Below are positions 7,022-18,054 of a stretch of DNA of 64,000 bases, in pieces. Both the position numbers and the translations under genes were made by a program. Under the pieces are notes generated by a model. The model had not been told where the DNA came from, did not search any database, and saw only the letters and a list, made by a program, of their open reading frames with translations. Source of the DNA: a virus (Duplodnaviria; Caudoviricetes); the IMG/VR virus record IMGVR_UViG_3300046004_001292, positions 1,395 to 65,394 of that record; one strand, written 5' to 3'. The stretch's first letter is position 1; every line of letters begins with the position of its first letter.

Positions 7022-9982
7022 ATGACACCGCTGGAGTTCTTAGCGGCTGTTTTGCCGTCCCCGGGTCACGGGTACTATTGCGCGGCAGAACTGAGCACAA
7101 CAAAGAAGGAGCACAAATATGCTGAAGACATCGAGGGGCTCGACCCCGCCATAAACAAGTGGCACGCCGCAAACAAGGACGTCTACTTCGCGCTGGCCAC
7201 GTTCGAGAAGTCCGGCTCACGCTTGGCTGACAACGCGCAGTTCGTGAAGGCCCTGTTTGTTGACATGGACGGGTACGCGTCCAAGAAGGCCGCAGCATTG
7301 GCGCTCAGTGAGTTTCTGGACAAGACAGGCTTGGCCGCGCTGGGCACCCCGTGGGTGGTGGGTTCGGGCGGTGGGCTGCACTGCTACTGGCCGCTGGACA
7401 AAGAGGTCGACATTACCTCTTGGAAACCTGTTGCTGAGAACTTCAAACGGCTGTGCAAGCAAGAAGACCTGCGCATCGACATGACGGTGACAGCCGACTC
7501 GGCCCGCGTTCTGCGCGTGCCGGGCACAACCAACTTCAAGAAGAAGTACGACACACCCCGCCCTGTGAAGCTCATGAGCACAGGCGACACCTTCTCGCTG
7601 GAGCAGATAGAAACTGTCATCAATGACGTTCTGGTGCCCGAGATGCAAGCGCCAAAGTTCGAGGCCATTCCCGGACGGCGGCTCAAACGCGAACCCAACG
7701 CAGCGCAGATCAAGCTCATGCAAAACAGCGTGACGCTGTTTGAAAACATCCACGCCCGCACCGAGGCTGGCGTGGGCTGTGCACAGTTGGCCAACTACAT
7801 TGCCAACCCCAAGGAAGACGGCCTTGAGCCGATCTGGCGCGGGATGCTTTCATGGACCAAGGTCTGTGAGGACGGCGAAGACTGGTCCAAGTGGTTGAGC
7901 GACCTGCACCCCTATCCCGCCGAGCGCATGCGCCAGAAGCTGGCCGAGATTAAAGGGCCGTACCCCTGCACGAAGATGGACGGCGAGAACCCGGGGCTGT
8001 GCAATAGCTGCCCCCACTTTGGCAAGATCACCAACCCCTTGGCGCTCGGGCGCGAGGTCAAGACCGACAACACTGAGAAAGACGTTGTGGTGGACTACGA
8101 AGCGCCCAACGTGCCGGACGATGTGGACTTGATGTTCGACATGCCCGACGAGGCCACGGACATCGACATGGGGGAGGACTCCCCACACCAGAAGGTCAGA
8201 AGGCCCAAGGCCCCGCGTGGATTCAGCTACGGCACCAACGGCGGCGTCTACTGTGAGCGCGAGGACAAGGACGGCGAAGGCAAGAAGTTCACCAAGCAGA
8301 TTCAGGTGCTGGCCTACGACATGTTTGTCGTGGACATGCTCAAGCAAGAGACCGACTACGTTGTGCACCTTGTGGCGCTGCACCCCATGGGGGCCAAGAA
8401 CGTGACGATGCCCAGCAAGCACGTGGTGTCCAAGGACGAGACTGTGAAGTTCTTGGCCAGCCAGAACATTATTGCCAGCTACGGCAAGGGCAACGACCAG
8501 AACCTGTTTGATTACGTCAGGGCCTGCGTGGAAGAGGCTTCACTGGCCAAGAAGGCTGTGGACATACCGCTGCAGTGCGGCTGGCAAAAGGACGGCTCGT
8601 TCGTCTACAACTACCGCGTGTTCACGCCTGACGGCCGCGAGCTGACGGTGCCCATGCCCGGCTTGGAGAACATCAACAAGAACACCAGCAGCAGCGGCAC
8701 GCTCGACGACTGGCGGCAGTTCTGGGACTTGATGGCCAAGCGCAAGATGAATACCATGCTGGCCATGTGCCTTGACAGCTTCGGCTGCTCGTTGATGCGC
8801 TTCTCGGAGTACGAAGGCTTTGTCTGGCACATCGGCTCCACGGAGTCAGGCACGGGTAAGTCACTCACGCTGAGCGCCAAGGCGGGCGTCTGGGGGCACC
8901 CGATCCACTACCGCACAGGCAAGGGCACATCCCCCGTGGCCATGCAACAACGCGCAGGCCTGCTCAACAGCATGCCGCTCCTGATCGACGAGATCACCAG
9001 CAAGGCGCGTGGTGATCTGGAGTGGGCACCGACCTTCATCTTCGACCTGACAGAAGGCCAAGGCAAGGAGCGCATGGAGTCCGGCTCCAACAAGGAGCGC
9101 GTCAACAACAGCACATGGAAGCTGACATGCACGATGACCTCCAACACACACCTGACCGACTATATGTCGGGTGCACGCAAGCACAGCTCCAACGGCGAGA
9201 TGCTGCGCATGCTGGAGTGGACCCCCAACCAAGCGCTCAAGTGGGCCGACGAGGACCGTGAAGCGCTCAAGAAGATCAAGACAAACTACGGTGTGGCTGG
9301 CGAAGCGTGGGTCCGCTGGATGGTCAAGAACCAAGACGCGTGCGCAGCGATGTGGAAACGCATGCACGAGCGCCTCAAGAACGAGTTTGAGTTCGTGGAC
9401 GACGAGCGCTACTGGCATGCAGGCTGCACGGCCATCTTGGTGGCCGCAATGCTGACGGGTCCGAAGTATGCCAACTTGTTGAACGTGCCGGTCACTGGCG
9501 TGCTCGAAGCCCTGCGGGAACTGGTCAAGAGCGCTCGGAGCACTTTGCGGCGCAGCGTGCGCACGGCGGAGGACGTGCTCAACGCCTACACCCGGGACAA
9601 CTACGGCAGCTTCGTGGTGCTGTGGAAGACCGACGACAAGCGCATCCTCACCGCATGGGGCACCGGGGACACCGTGGAGAAGTCGATCACGCGCAACAAA
9701 GTGCTGGGCCGCATTGAGCACAACACGTTGCAGACAGGCTTTGTCGAGTACTTTATTGAGGAGCAACTGCTCAAGCAGCACTGCGTTTCAATGAGCTTCG
9801 GCTACGCCGACTTCAAGAAGCAGCTCGAAGCCAAGGTCGGCTGGCACGTCAGCTACACGAAGAAGGACATGCTGGCCAAGACCAACGGACCCAACATGCG
9901 CGTCAACGTGATGCACATCAGCCGCAGGGCGGACGACATTGATGAAGCTGAACTACCCTTGGTCCCGCCTGCAGCCGGGTGA
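7022..9982 (+). CDS. Primase-helicase (AEP/RepB-like primase, Zn-binding region, DUF927-type helicase)
   Basis: FVDMD, SGGGLHCYW and RVLRVPGT primase motifs; PC..C..CPH; Walker A ESGTGKS and Walker B LLIDE. Confidence 0.88.
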   Translation: MTPLEFLAAVLPSPGHGYYCAAELSTTKKEHKYAEDIEGLDPAINKWHAANKDVYFALATFEKSGSRLADNAQFVKALFVDMDGYASKKAAALALSEFLDKTGLAALGTPWVVGSGGGLHCYWPLDKEVDITSWKPVAENFKRLCKQEDLRIDMTVTADSARVLRVPGTTNFKKKYDTPRPVKLMSTGDTFSLEQIETVINDVLVPEMQAPKFEAIPGRRLKREPNAAQIKLMQNSVTLFENIHARTEAGVGCAQLANYIANPKEDGLEPIWRGMLSWTKVCEDGEDWSKWLSDLHPYPAERMRQKLAEIKGPYPCTKMDGENPGLCNSCPHFGKITNPLALGREVKTDNTEKDVVVDYEAPNVPDDVDLMFDMPDEATDIDMGEDSPHQKVRRPKAPRGFSYGTNGGVYCEREDKDGEGKKFTKQIQVLAYDMFVVDMLKQETDYVVHLVALHPMGAKNVTMPSKHVVSKDETVKFLASQNIIASYGKGNDQNLFDYVRACVEEASLAKKAVDIPLQCGWQKDGSFVYNYRVFTPDGRELTVPMPGLENINKNTSSSGTLDDWRQFWDLMAKRKMNTMLAMCLDSFGCSLMRFSEYEGFVWHIGSTESGTGKSLTLSAKAGVWGHPIHYRTGKGTSPVAMQQRAGLLNSMPLLIDEITSKARGDLEWAPTFIFDLTEGQGKERMESGSNKERVNNSTWKLTCTMTSNTHLTDYMSGARKHSSNGEMLRMLEWTPNQALKWADEDREALKKIKTNYGVAGEAWVRWMVKNQDACAAMWKRMHERLKNEFEFVDDERYWHAGCTAILVAAMLTGPKYANLLNVPVTGVLEALRELVKSARSTLRRSVRTAEDVLNAYTRDNYGSFVVLWKTDDKRILTAWGTGDTVEKSITRNKVLGRIEHNTLQTGFVEYFIEEQLLKQHCVSMSFGYADFKKQLEAKVGWHVSYTKKDMLAKTNGPNMRVNVMHISRRADDIDEAELPLVPPAAG

Positions 9983-10136
9983 GGGCTTTTTCGTCCCGGC
10001 CATTGATACGGAGAAAGCCCGAGAACTCGGGTTGCGCTCAGCGGTAGCTCAGCGCCTCCGTATCAAAGCCGTGGCCGTCATCAAGGACGGGATGCTCGGG
10101 GTTTGGTTTTACCGCCCCCCTCGCCCACCTCACTGA
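9939..10136 (+). CDS. Small putative DNA-binding protein
   Basis: YPWSRLQPGEGFFVP motif; last gene of the + module, converging on the late module. Confidence 0.6.
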   Translation: MMKLNYPWSRLQPGEGFFVPAIDTEKARELGLRSAVAQRLRIKAVAVIKDGMLGVWFYRPPRPPH

Positions 10137-13100
10137 TCCTGCACTTGCCGCACACGCTGGGTGAAGCGCTTCGCCGCCTCGTCCGCCGCTTTCTCAAGGT
10201 TGTCGATCCGCACCCGCTTCTCGGCGGCAGTCAGGTCACTGCGCTCCTGAGTTCTGCGCAGGTCCGCGTTGATGCGCCCCACCAACTGGCGGTATTGCCC
10301 GGCAGCCGAGGCCACGGCCAGACGCGCACGGTTCTCGTCACGGTAGGCCACGGCGTCTTCCCGGCGACCTTCTGCCACGAGCTTGTTGAGCGTCGTCTTG
10401 GCGGTCATGGCCTTCTCTGCCATCTCGTACGCAACGTCCTTGTCGCCTCCGCCGTACTTCTTCTGGAAGGCAGGGCCAAGCACAGGCAGCTCGGACAAGC
10501 GCTTCTCTGGGGCCTCGCCCTTGCCTTCCCGGGCAAACAACCCGTTGGTGGTAGCAACAACAGCCAGCGGCAGCACGCCAAAATAGCCGCGCACAATGTG
10601 CTCGATCTGGATGGGAGACAAGATAGGCAGCGCCTTGCTCATCGCCTTGGCCAGCTCCGTGGTGTTGGCGTTGTAGCGCTCCTCGGTGTCCATGCCTTGG
10701 AAGCGGCGGGACTCGATGTCGCTGCCTGACATGAAGTTCTTGTTGGTCCAGACCTCGAACGCAGGCTTGACGATCTGTGGGATGCCCATGGACGAGTACC
10801 CGGGGATCGAGTTCAAGAACATGTCCTTGAGCGCCTTCCACTGCTCTTTGCTGTCGGTCTCGGCACGCATGCCGTCCACAGCGGCCACGGCCAGCGAGTA
10901 GAAGTAACCGGCTTCAAACGGGATGGGCAGTTTGATTGGCTCGTCCAGCCCGGGGATTGGCAAGAAGAAGTTGGTGTACTTGTCCCGTGGGCGTGCGTTG
11001 CGGAAGGTCTCGTCATCTTCCATGGCCATGGCGTAGACGAGGCCGGTGGCCACCAACAGCATGGCGTTGTTGAAGAACTTGCGCTTGATCTGTTGCTGCT
11101 CCTCAAACGGCATGTTGCCACGCGCTGCCTTGAACAGCACGTTCAGACCCTGAATCTGGGCGTTGAAGAACGGGATCAATCGGCTGGCGTACTGCAGCGT
11201 TGGAGACAGGCCGCGCTTGTAGAAGTTCATGGACTCCATGGTCATCATGTCGGCTTCGACATCGGACAGACCGTTGGCCTCGGCGTTCTCGTACACCAGT
11301 GAGCGTGTGGCGGCATCGGCACGCAGCGCGGCACGGTCAGCCGCAGCAAACACCTTGTCCATCACGCTCTGGTCTTTGCCGCTGGCGATCTGCAGCGCCA
11401 TCTTTTTCATGTCCGAAGTGTCGCCCGCAAAGATGCCGGACTGCACCAAGCCCTTTTCCAGCAGCTTCATCTGAGCGTCACTGGTGCCCCGGTTCATGCG
11501 CACGAACTCTTTGCCCGCCTTGAGCACGGCAGTGAACGCGTTGTAGTTCAGGCCACCCGTGAACGCAGCGGCCATGGGGTCACGGATCAACTGGCGCGCA
11601 ATGTACAGCGGCGTGCGGGTCACGCCCGAGCGCAGCAGATCGGCAGCCACGCCGCCCAGCTTCAAGAACTCGGGCAGCGCCAGATGTGAGCCTTCCAAGC
11701 TCTGCACCAACAACTCAGCAGGAACGCCTTCGGCCGCAGTGCCCTTGGTCTCCACCTTGAGCCAGCGCTCGCCTGTGTCCTTCTCGTTGTTGGGGTCGGG
11801 CTCTTGCTTGAAACGGATCACGCCCGGGTCAGCCGGACCGGTGCCGGAGTGAATCTGCATCACGTCCGACTTCTTGCCCATGGCCTGCAACGCGTAGGCC
11901 ACGTTCTTTGTGGCCATGTTGGTCAGCGCCATGTCGGTCAGCAAGAACGTGTTCAGCGGCAGCGACTCGTTGAGCGGCAAGATTTTGGTCTCACCACCTT
12001 TGAGCGACGCGAGGTACGGCTGGCGGCGGATGTCACCGATCGAGACCATCACGTTGTTGCCAAAGTTCAGCTCGGCCATGCCGTTGTCCTTGACGCGGTA
12101 GTAGGGCACGTAGTCCCCACCGGCCAGCAACTTCTCAGCAACCTGTTTTGGAATGGCACCAGAAGCGGCCAAGAAGCTGATCTGCCCCTTGTTGTAGGCG
12201 TTGTACGCCCGGCGCACGGCTTCGAGTGACTTCTCCAGCGCTGGGTCAGCTTCGACAGCCGCCATGGCAGCGTCCAGCTTCTCTTGCGTCACGCCCAGTT
12301 CCCCGAGGTCCAGCTTCGACAGGCCTTTGTTGGCTGCGCGCTGGGCGATCATGTACGTGGTGGCCACGTCGATCTTGCTCTGGGTGTCGGTGCCGGGCAT
12401 GTCTGCGATGGCGTCGAACACATCCTTGGCGCTGTGCTTGTTGGTGCTGCGCACGCCGTAGAAGCCCTTGGCATCTTTGTACAGCTCCAGCGGGCCCATG
12501 CTCATGACGGTGTACGCCACGGGCATCTTCTGGTCGGCCTTCAGCACGTTGTACATGGCCTGCGTGAACTTGGTGTCGTCACCCATTTCGGCAGCGCCCG
12601 CCTTGAACACCTCACGCAGCCCGGCACGCATGTCCACACCCTGCATCTCAGCCTGCAGCGCCACGGAGTCACCCAGCTTTTGCTTGAGCGTTTTGGGCTG
12701 GGCCACGATGTCCCGAGACAGCGCCTCGATGGCATTGGCAGATGTTTCGGGCTCTGCCCGCATAGGGCTTACGTCCGCCAAGAAACCACCAGCGGGGGCT
12801 TTGCCGCTGTAAATTTCATTTTTGGTTACATCCAAAACTTCTTCGGTAAGCGCCACAGCTTCTGCAAACAGCGACTGCGCAGCTTTACCCGGCATGTTAA
12901 AGAATTGCGCCAGTGTTTCAACAAAGCGTGTGAAGATGCTCTTGCGTGGTTTGCTTGAAGGGATTTCTGCCAGCAGCTTCTGGAACTCACGGTTTGCAAA
13001 AAGTTCGGCCACAAACTCTTTGTGGTTTGTGAGTCCGTAAATTCCGGCAGGAGTTTGCGCCAGCCCCATCTTGTGGTTGCGAAAATATGCGCGCCCTTCG

Positions 13101-16100
13101 GGTGTAGCCAACCAAGACGCCGTTTGCTGCCGCAGCGACTCCATTTGGTCTGCCAAATCAGTGCGTAGTTGCATGCCCCGTACCGTGGCCGCATGTGTAA
13201 GCTCGTGCAACAAAACTTTGTTGGCGCTCATCCCCGCTGTAACAGGGGCGCGAGTGTAAATCACGTCGTGGCGTGAACTGTAAATACCTGCAGCGTTTCC
13301 CTTGAGCAGCCGATCAATTGCGTAAACCCGCCCTGCCCCTTCTTGTACAGGCGCTGCAGCAAACACGTCTGCGAGTTTCTCAAACAGCGCACGAACTTGC
13401 GGCGACGTTGTGCGTTTTGCGCCGTACCGAGCCGCTTCGGCAAACGTCATCCCGTGGAAAGGAGCGTCTTTGACGAACGTCGTGCCTAAGTTTTTTGCAA
13501 CTTGATCTGAGGTGTAGTCTTCCGCCGTGTTACGTACGGGCTTTTGCGTAGGGGCTATCGCCGCTTTTTTAGCAAGCAGTGTTTTTACGGGTACACGCGG
13601 TGCTACTTTTGGCTCAGTGTCCGAAAAATCTTCAACTCGCATTTTCCTAAGTTCGGCCAGCAGTTGCGTATCCTCCGCAACGTATTCCCGATACTTTGGG
13701 TTACCGGAAAAAACTTCGAGGTCGGACTTTGTTTCCGCAATTGCTTTTGCTAGTGCGTCACGAATCTTTTCTGAAAAAGGAATTGCGCGGCGATCTCGGC
13801 CTACTTGGCGTTGGACCGCAACCGCTGCTGCGGCTTCCGCTGTGTCGTCTGTTGGGAGTGCGCCTTTGTAATACACGGGGATGTATTTGAGTCTTAGAGC
13901 CTCTGAGGAACGCAACAAGTCTTGCGCTAACCTTTCTCGCGCACGCGCTTGCATTTTTTCAAGCGTTGTCGGGCCACCAATCTCAACGGCAGCGCCGCCG
14001 GGCTCACCCTTGCCTTCAAACAAAGTCTTCTGAGGCTGGCGTGCTTTGGCTGCTTGCGAGCGTGTAAGAGGTTCGCCGGATGTTGATGCGCCGGTTGTGC
14101 GCACACTTGCGTCTTCTACGCGCCGCGCACTTGCTTGCTCGCGCTCTTCAGCAGTGGGCTTGGCCCGGACTTTTGCTGCGGAGGGTGCTTCAAGTTCGAT
14201 GCGTCCTTCCGAGATCATGCCGGACAACCACTCTTCCCGCGCAATCACGTCTGCCAGTTGTTTGATCTGCGACTTCATGCCGACCCAGATAACGTCAGTG
14301 TTGCTCAGCTCCGCTTTTGCTCGTGCAAGTTCGGCCTCCGCCACGTCCAGCTTAGGGCCAAGGGCATCGCGCTCTGTCGCAGACTTAGCCTGCTTGTACG
14401 CTTTGGCCAACGCATCGCGCAGATTTTGTTTGGGCTCCACCATGTCCCGGCCAAGCGCGGCTTTAGATTTGTCTTGCGACTGCTTGATGGTTTTTTCGAG
14501 CGCCGTGATGCGCGCGCGATAACCGCCCAAAACCCGAGCAGGGTCGCCGCCGATGGCTATTTTTTCGCCAGCGGTCAGGTCTGGCAGTGTGCCGCCTTTT
14601 TCTCGTGCAAGCAGCTGGGCTTCGGTCAGCGCAGGGTACTGCGTGGCCTTGTCGTACAGCGGCAGGTTGTTGAGCGCCTGTTCTGCAGGTTTGATGCGCC
14701 CCGCTGCCACCTGCGCGTTGCGTTCAGCTTGGCGAACAGCCTCGTCAGCGCGTTTCTTGTCAGCGGCGTCTTTGCGCATACGGTTCTGCAGCTCTTTGTT
14801 CTCCTCCTGCAAAACGCCCAGCTCTGTCTGCACCGCCCGCAACTCTTGCTTGGCTTGGTCGATTCGCTCGACCGAAGGAGCCTTGTCAATAAGTGCGGTC
14901 AGCTTTTGAACGGCTGCAAAAGACTGCAACTGCCCATCCAACACCGACAGCGCGGAGTTGAGAAGCGCCATGTCTGTTTGAGCGTCTTGTAGCTGTGCAT
15001 TGACGGCGTCAATGTTTGCCACCAGCTCTTGCACACCACCTTCGTTGTAGCCTTGTTCGATGACTTGCTTACGCGCTTGCTTGAGGTCTTCAATTGCGCC
15101 AGCCAACACCATGCGGTCCACCGTGGACTTACCGGCTGCCGCACGGATGTCCGCCATGTCGCGTTTGGCTTTGGCCACGTCTTTGTTGGCTTTTATGATT
15201 GCGTCAGCGTTGCGGTACTCGGCGTACTGCTTGAGGATGTCCTCAATTTCGGCCACGAGCGCGTTGGCACGTTTTTCCAAAGCAGGGATAGCCTGCGCGC
15301 GCTTGGCAATTTCTTCGTCGCGTCGCAGTTGCTGGCGCAAGTTCTGCACAAACTTGCTCTTCATGAACATCTGGAATGCGCCACGATTGCCTTTGATGGC
15401 CCCGAGCTTTTCTTGCTCTTCTGGGAACAGCGACTTCTGCCCGGTATCGACTCGCGCAGCCTCTTCCTGCATGCGCAGCGGCTCGCTCAACTCGCGTGCC
15501 AGAGACAACTCGCCCGCGCGCGCAGAAGGACCACGCAGCGTTGAAGGTTGTGTGTCCGCCACGCGCTTGGTAACGTCGGCTGCGCCCCGCACGCCTGTGC
15601 GGCGGTCTTCGACATCTGGTTGGGCAATAGGCGTCTTCAATCCTGACGCTGCTTGGCCCGGTTGTGCTCCAGTGATCTGGCGCACTTGGCTGGTGCCTGC
15701 TTCTGTTGGCGCGGTAGTGGACGCCTGCGCTTGCTGTTCTGCCGAAGGGGGGAAAGTTTGCAGGTCCAGTGTGCGGCTCTGACCTTTACGCGGCACGCCT
15801 TCCGCACCGCTTTCAATCTTGGCCAACTGTTCGTCCAACAAAACAAAATAGTCAGCCCCCGACTGCGGCAACGCTTTCTCGGCGCGGAGCAAGAGGTCTG
15901 CTGCTTCAGGAGACAGGTCATAAGCGGCCAGCACACGGTTGAGCCGGTCTGCCAACTCTTCCCGGGTAACGGGTGCGGTGCCTTCGTTGCGGCCACGAAG
16001 TTTGAATTCAGCGCCGGGTACTCGGCGCAAGTTGCGGGCTTTTTCTTCCTCGGCCGTGAACGTGACGTCGTCGCCTGTCAGCTTCTGCTGCATCTGCCCC

Positions 16101-17989
16101 ATGGCAGCGGACCCGGCCGGTGCGGATTGCTCGGTGCCAAAAAGGCTGAACTGATCGGACAGGTTTGCCCCCAACGAGTACGGCGTGGTCTCGTCAAACA
16201 CACCGCGAGACCCGGCTTGTGGAGCGCCCATCCGTTGCAAGCCAGCAAACTCTCCGCCAAGCGCTTGCTCGCGCTGCGCCTCTTGGATGTCGCGCTCGGT
16301 TTGCGCACGTTGCTCTTCCAGCGCGGCCTGCTCTTCCGCTTCCACACCTGCTACGCGTTGTTGACTTGCGGCGGTGCCCAGACGCCCCTGTGCGGCGCGG
16401 GTCTTCTCGTACTCCTTGATCTGCAACGCCAAGCCGCCCAAAAGCGTTTCGTTCTGGCGTTTTGTCAGGCCGGGCATAGGCGTGCGTGTCTGCACTACAT
16501 CCATAGCTTTCAGCGGGTCCACCATCAAGTAGCTGGCGTAGTCTGCAACAGTTGGGGGCGTGATCATCTGCTGGTCAGCCAGCGCTTTTTGCTGCGCCAC
16601 GTACTCTTGCACGGGATCAACGCGCTGTGCCATGGCAAACGGGTCGCCTTCAACCGGGGCAACTTTCTTCGGCACCCCCACACCCTGCTGCGCAGACGCT
16701 TGCTCAGCGGCGTATTCTTCAGGCGACAGCCCGGCAACACGCGCTTCTTCGGCGGCAGCGGCTTGCTCTTGCGCAGCACGGGCTCGGATGGGTGCGGTGC
16801 GGCGGTACTCGGGCACGATGTCTTTGAGCTGCGCGTTGATTTCCTTGATCGCCTTCTGGGCGTCGGCGTACTCGGCCTTCTCGACCGGTGTGGCATCTTT
16901 GCCCGGTGTTTTGAGCGCGGCCTTGCGTGCTTGGAATTCTGCCAACAACGTGTCGTACTCTTGGCCAACCCGCAGAGCGTGGTCTGGGGTCTGGCGCTGG
17001 GCTTCCGCTGCTTGCTCTGCAACACGTTGCTGTTCGGCGGCTTGCTGGGCCAACACGCTGCGCTCCTCGCGCTCGGCCTTGGCTGCCTGTGTCTGGGCCC
17101 CGCTGCGCTCGATGTACCGACCTGCAGGTGCAAGCGTGCCGCCCAGCACCGCGCCGCCGATAAAGCTGTCGATGTACTCTTTGCGGGCTTCGGGGTCAGC
17201 GATGTTCAGGCCTGCTTGCAAACGCTCCAGCGTCTGCTGGGCAACCTCTGTGATGCCTTCACGGCCCATGGCCATGCCCGTCTTGGCGGTGTAGTCCATG
17301 GCGGCTTTGCCCAGCGTCTGGCTGGCGATGGCCTTGGCCTGCTCTGTCGTCAGCTTGGAGCCCACGGAGCCAAACAACTTGCCCACACCGGGCAGCAACG
17401 CCATGGCGGCAGTGTCGATCAGCGCTTGAGGGACGGCTGCGGCAGCCGCTTTGCCAAGGCTGGCTTCTTCCAGTGACTTGCCGGTGTCCATCTGCCGCGC
17501 CAAGTTGGAGCCTGTGAACTGGCCCGTGGACACAGCGCCTGCGCCCAGCAAACCCAAGCCAGCAGCAACCGGGGCAGTAACCGGCGCGGCCAAAGCGGCA
17601 AGGCCTGCGGCTGCCGGGGCAGCCATGTACGGCAGGGAGCCGCCAAGGGTCTCTTTAAACTTCTGGAAGGGGGCTTCGGTCCAGCCTTCTTCGGTGGGAG
17701 TGAAGCGCTCTTGTGCGCGTTTCTGCGCAGCCTCGTACTCCTTTTGGGCCTCGGCCTCGCTCTTGACGCCCAGCTTGCCTTTGAGCAACTCAAACTCACC
17801 GCCCAGTCGGGTGGCACCGGCAGACATCGCGGCCTTGAACCCCTTGGTGTCTTGCTTGGGTTTAGCTTCTTCTTCTAACCCGAAAGCCTCGGGGTACATG
17901 CGCTGCGCCCGCTCCCATGTTTGCGCGGGGGTTTCTCCCTCACGAATTGCTACAGTTGTGCCGTCGGGTAGAGGGATTGCTTTTGCCAT
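10130..17989 (-). CDS. Giant (2619 aa) polyvalent/ejection protein with zincin domain and LPD38-like C-terminus
   Basis: N-terminal Gly/Ala hydrophobic segments; long coiled coils; LLHELTHAAT...EFVAE zincin; C-terminal IPFFNAQIQG, P.PFEAG and SPIQIEHIVRGYFG resembling LPD38. Confidence 0.8.
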   Translation of the reverse strand: MAKAIPLPDGTTVAIREGETPAQTWERAQRMYPEAFGLEEEAKPKQDTKGFKAAMSAGATRLGGEFELLKGKLGVKSEAEAQKEYEAAQKRAQERFTPTEEGWTEAPFQKFKETLGGSLPYMAAPAAAGLAALAAPVTAPVAAGLGLLGAGAVSTGQFTGSNLARQMDTGKSLEEASLGKAAAAAVPQALIDTAAMALLPGVGKLFGSVGSKLTTEQAKAIASQTLGKAAMDYTAKTGMAMGREGITEVAQQTLERLQAGLNIADPEARKEYIDSFIGGAVLGGTLAPAGRYIERSGAQTQAAKAEREERSVLAQQAAEQQRVAEQAAEAQRQTPDHALRVGQEYDTLLAEFQARKAALKTPGKDATPVEKAEYADAQKAIKEINAQLKDIVPEYRRTAPIRARAAQEQAAAAEEARVAGLSPEEYAAEQASAQQGVGVPKKVAPVEGDPFAMAQRVDPVQEYVAQQKALADQQMITPPTVADYASYLMVDPLKAMDVVQTRTPMPGLTKRQNETLLGGLALQIKEYEKTRAAQGRLGTAASQQRVAGVEAEEQAALEEQRAQTERDIQEAQREQALGGEFAGLQRMGAPQAGSRGVFDETTPYSLGANLSDQFSLFGTEQSAPAGSAAMGQMQQKLTGDDVTFTAEEEKARNLRRVPGAEFKLRGRNEGTAPVTREELADRLNRVLAAYDLSPEAADLLLRAEKALPQSGADYFVLLDEQLAKIESGAEGVPRKGQSRTLDLQTFPPSAEQQAQASTTAPTEAGTSQVRQITGAQPGQAASGLKTPIAQPDVEDRRTGVRGAADVTKRVADTQPSTLRGPSARAGELSLARELSEPLRMQEEAARVDTGQKSLFPEEQEKLGAIKGNRGAFQMFMKSKFVQNLRQQLRRDEEIAKRAQAIPALEKRANALVAEIEDILKQYAEYRNADAIIKANKDVAKAKRDMADIRAAAGKSTVDRMVLAGAIEDLKQARKQVIEQGYNEGGVQELVANIDAVNAQLQDAQTDMALLNSALSVLDGQLQSFAAVQKLTALIDKAPSVERIDQAKQELRAVQTELGVLQEENKELQNRMRKDAADKKRADEAVRQAERNAQVAAGRIKPAEQALNNLPLYDKATQYPALTEAQLLAREKGGTLPDLTAGEKIAIGGDPARVLGGYRARITALEKTIKQSQDKSKAALGRDMVEPKQNLRDALAKAYKQAKSATERDALGPKLDVAEAELARAKAELSNTDVIWVGMKSQIKQLADVIAREEWLSGMISEGRIELEAPSAAKVRAKPTAEEREQASARRVEDASVRTTGASTSGEPLTRSQAAKARQPQKTLFEGKGEPGGAAVEIGGPTTLEKMQARARERLAQDLLRSSEALRLKYIPVYYKGALPTDDTAEAAAAVAVQRQVGRDRRAIPFSEKIRDALAKAIAETKSDLEVFSGNPKYREYVAEDTQLLAELRKMRVEDFSDTEPKVAPRVPVKTLLAKKAAIAPTQKPVRNTAEDYTSDQVAKNLGTTFVKDAPFHGMTFAEAARYGAKRTTSPQVRALFEKLADVFAAAPVQEGAGRVYAIDRLLKGNAAGIYSSRHDVIYTRAPVTAGMSANKVLLHELTHAATVRGMQLRTDLADQMESLRQQTASWLATPEGRAYFRNHKMGLAQTPAGIYGLTNHKEFVAELFANREFQKLLAEIPSSKPRKSIFTRFVETLAQFFNMPGKAAQSLFAEAVALTEEVLDVTKNEIYSGKAPAGGFLADVSPMRAEPETSANAIEALSRDIVAQPKTLKQKLGDSVALQAEMQGVDMRAGLREVFKAGAAEMGDDTKFTQAMYNVLKADQKMPVAYTVMSMGPLELYKDAKGFYGVRSTNKHSAKDVFDAIADMPGTDTQSKIDVATTYMIAQRAANKGLSKLDLGELGVTQEKLDAAMAAVEADPALEKSLEAVRRAYNAYNKGQISFLAASGAIPKQVAEKLLAGGDYVPYYRVKDNGMAELNFGNNVMVSIGDIRRQPYLASLKGGETKILPLNESLPLNTFLLTDMALTNMATKNVAYALQAMGKKSDVMQIHSGTGPADPGVIRFKQEPDPNNEKDTGERWLKVETKGTAAEGVPAELLVQSLEGSHLALPEFLKLGGVAADLLRSGVTRTPLYIARQLIRDPMAAAFTGGLNYNAFTAVLKAGKEFVRMNRGTSDAQMKLLEKGLVQSGIFAGDTSDMKKMALQIASGKDQSVMDKVFAAADRAALRADAATRSLVYENAEANGLSDVEADMMTMESMNFYKRGLSPTLQYASRLIPFFNAQIQGLNVLFKAARGNMPFEEQQQIKRKFFNNAMLLVATGLVYAMAMEDDETFRNARPRDKYTNFFLPIPGLDEPIKLPIPFEAGYFYSLAVAAVDGMRAETDSKEQWKALKDMFLNSIPGYSSMGIPQIVKPAFEVWTNKNFMSGSDIESRRFQGMDTEERYNANTTELAKAMSKALPILSPIQIEHIVRGYFGVLPLAVVATTNGLFAREGKGEAPEKRLSELPVLGPAFQKKYGGGDKDVAYEMAEKAMTAKTTLNKLVAEGRREDAVAYRDENRARLAVASAAGQYRQLVGRINADLRRTQERSDLTAAEKRVRIDNLEKAADEAAKRFTQRVRQVQDQ

Positions 17990-18011
17990 GATGTGCTCGA
18001 ATTGTGTCGGC

Positions 18012-18048
18012 TAAAAACAGCCCTGCGGTCGCCGTACTCCGCAGGGCT
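18012..18048 (-). terminator. Intrinsic terminator/attenuator upstream of the giant gene
   Basis: 10-bp stem AGCCCTGCGG/CCGCAGGGCT followed on the - strand by GTTTTTA. Confidence 0.6.
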
Positions 18049-18054
18049 TGCTGA

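Noticed and set aside
10130-17989. Giant ORF as an N4-like virion RNA polymerase
   Set aside because: I could not recognise polymerase catalytic motifs. The coiled-coil, zincin and LPD38-like content explains the ORF better.
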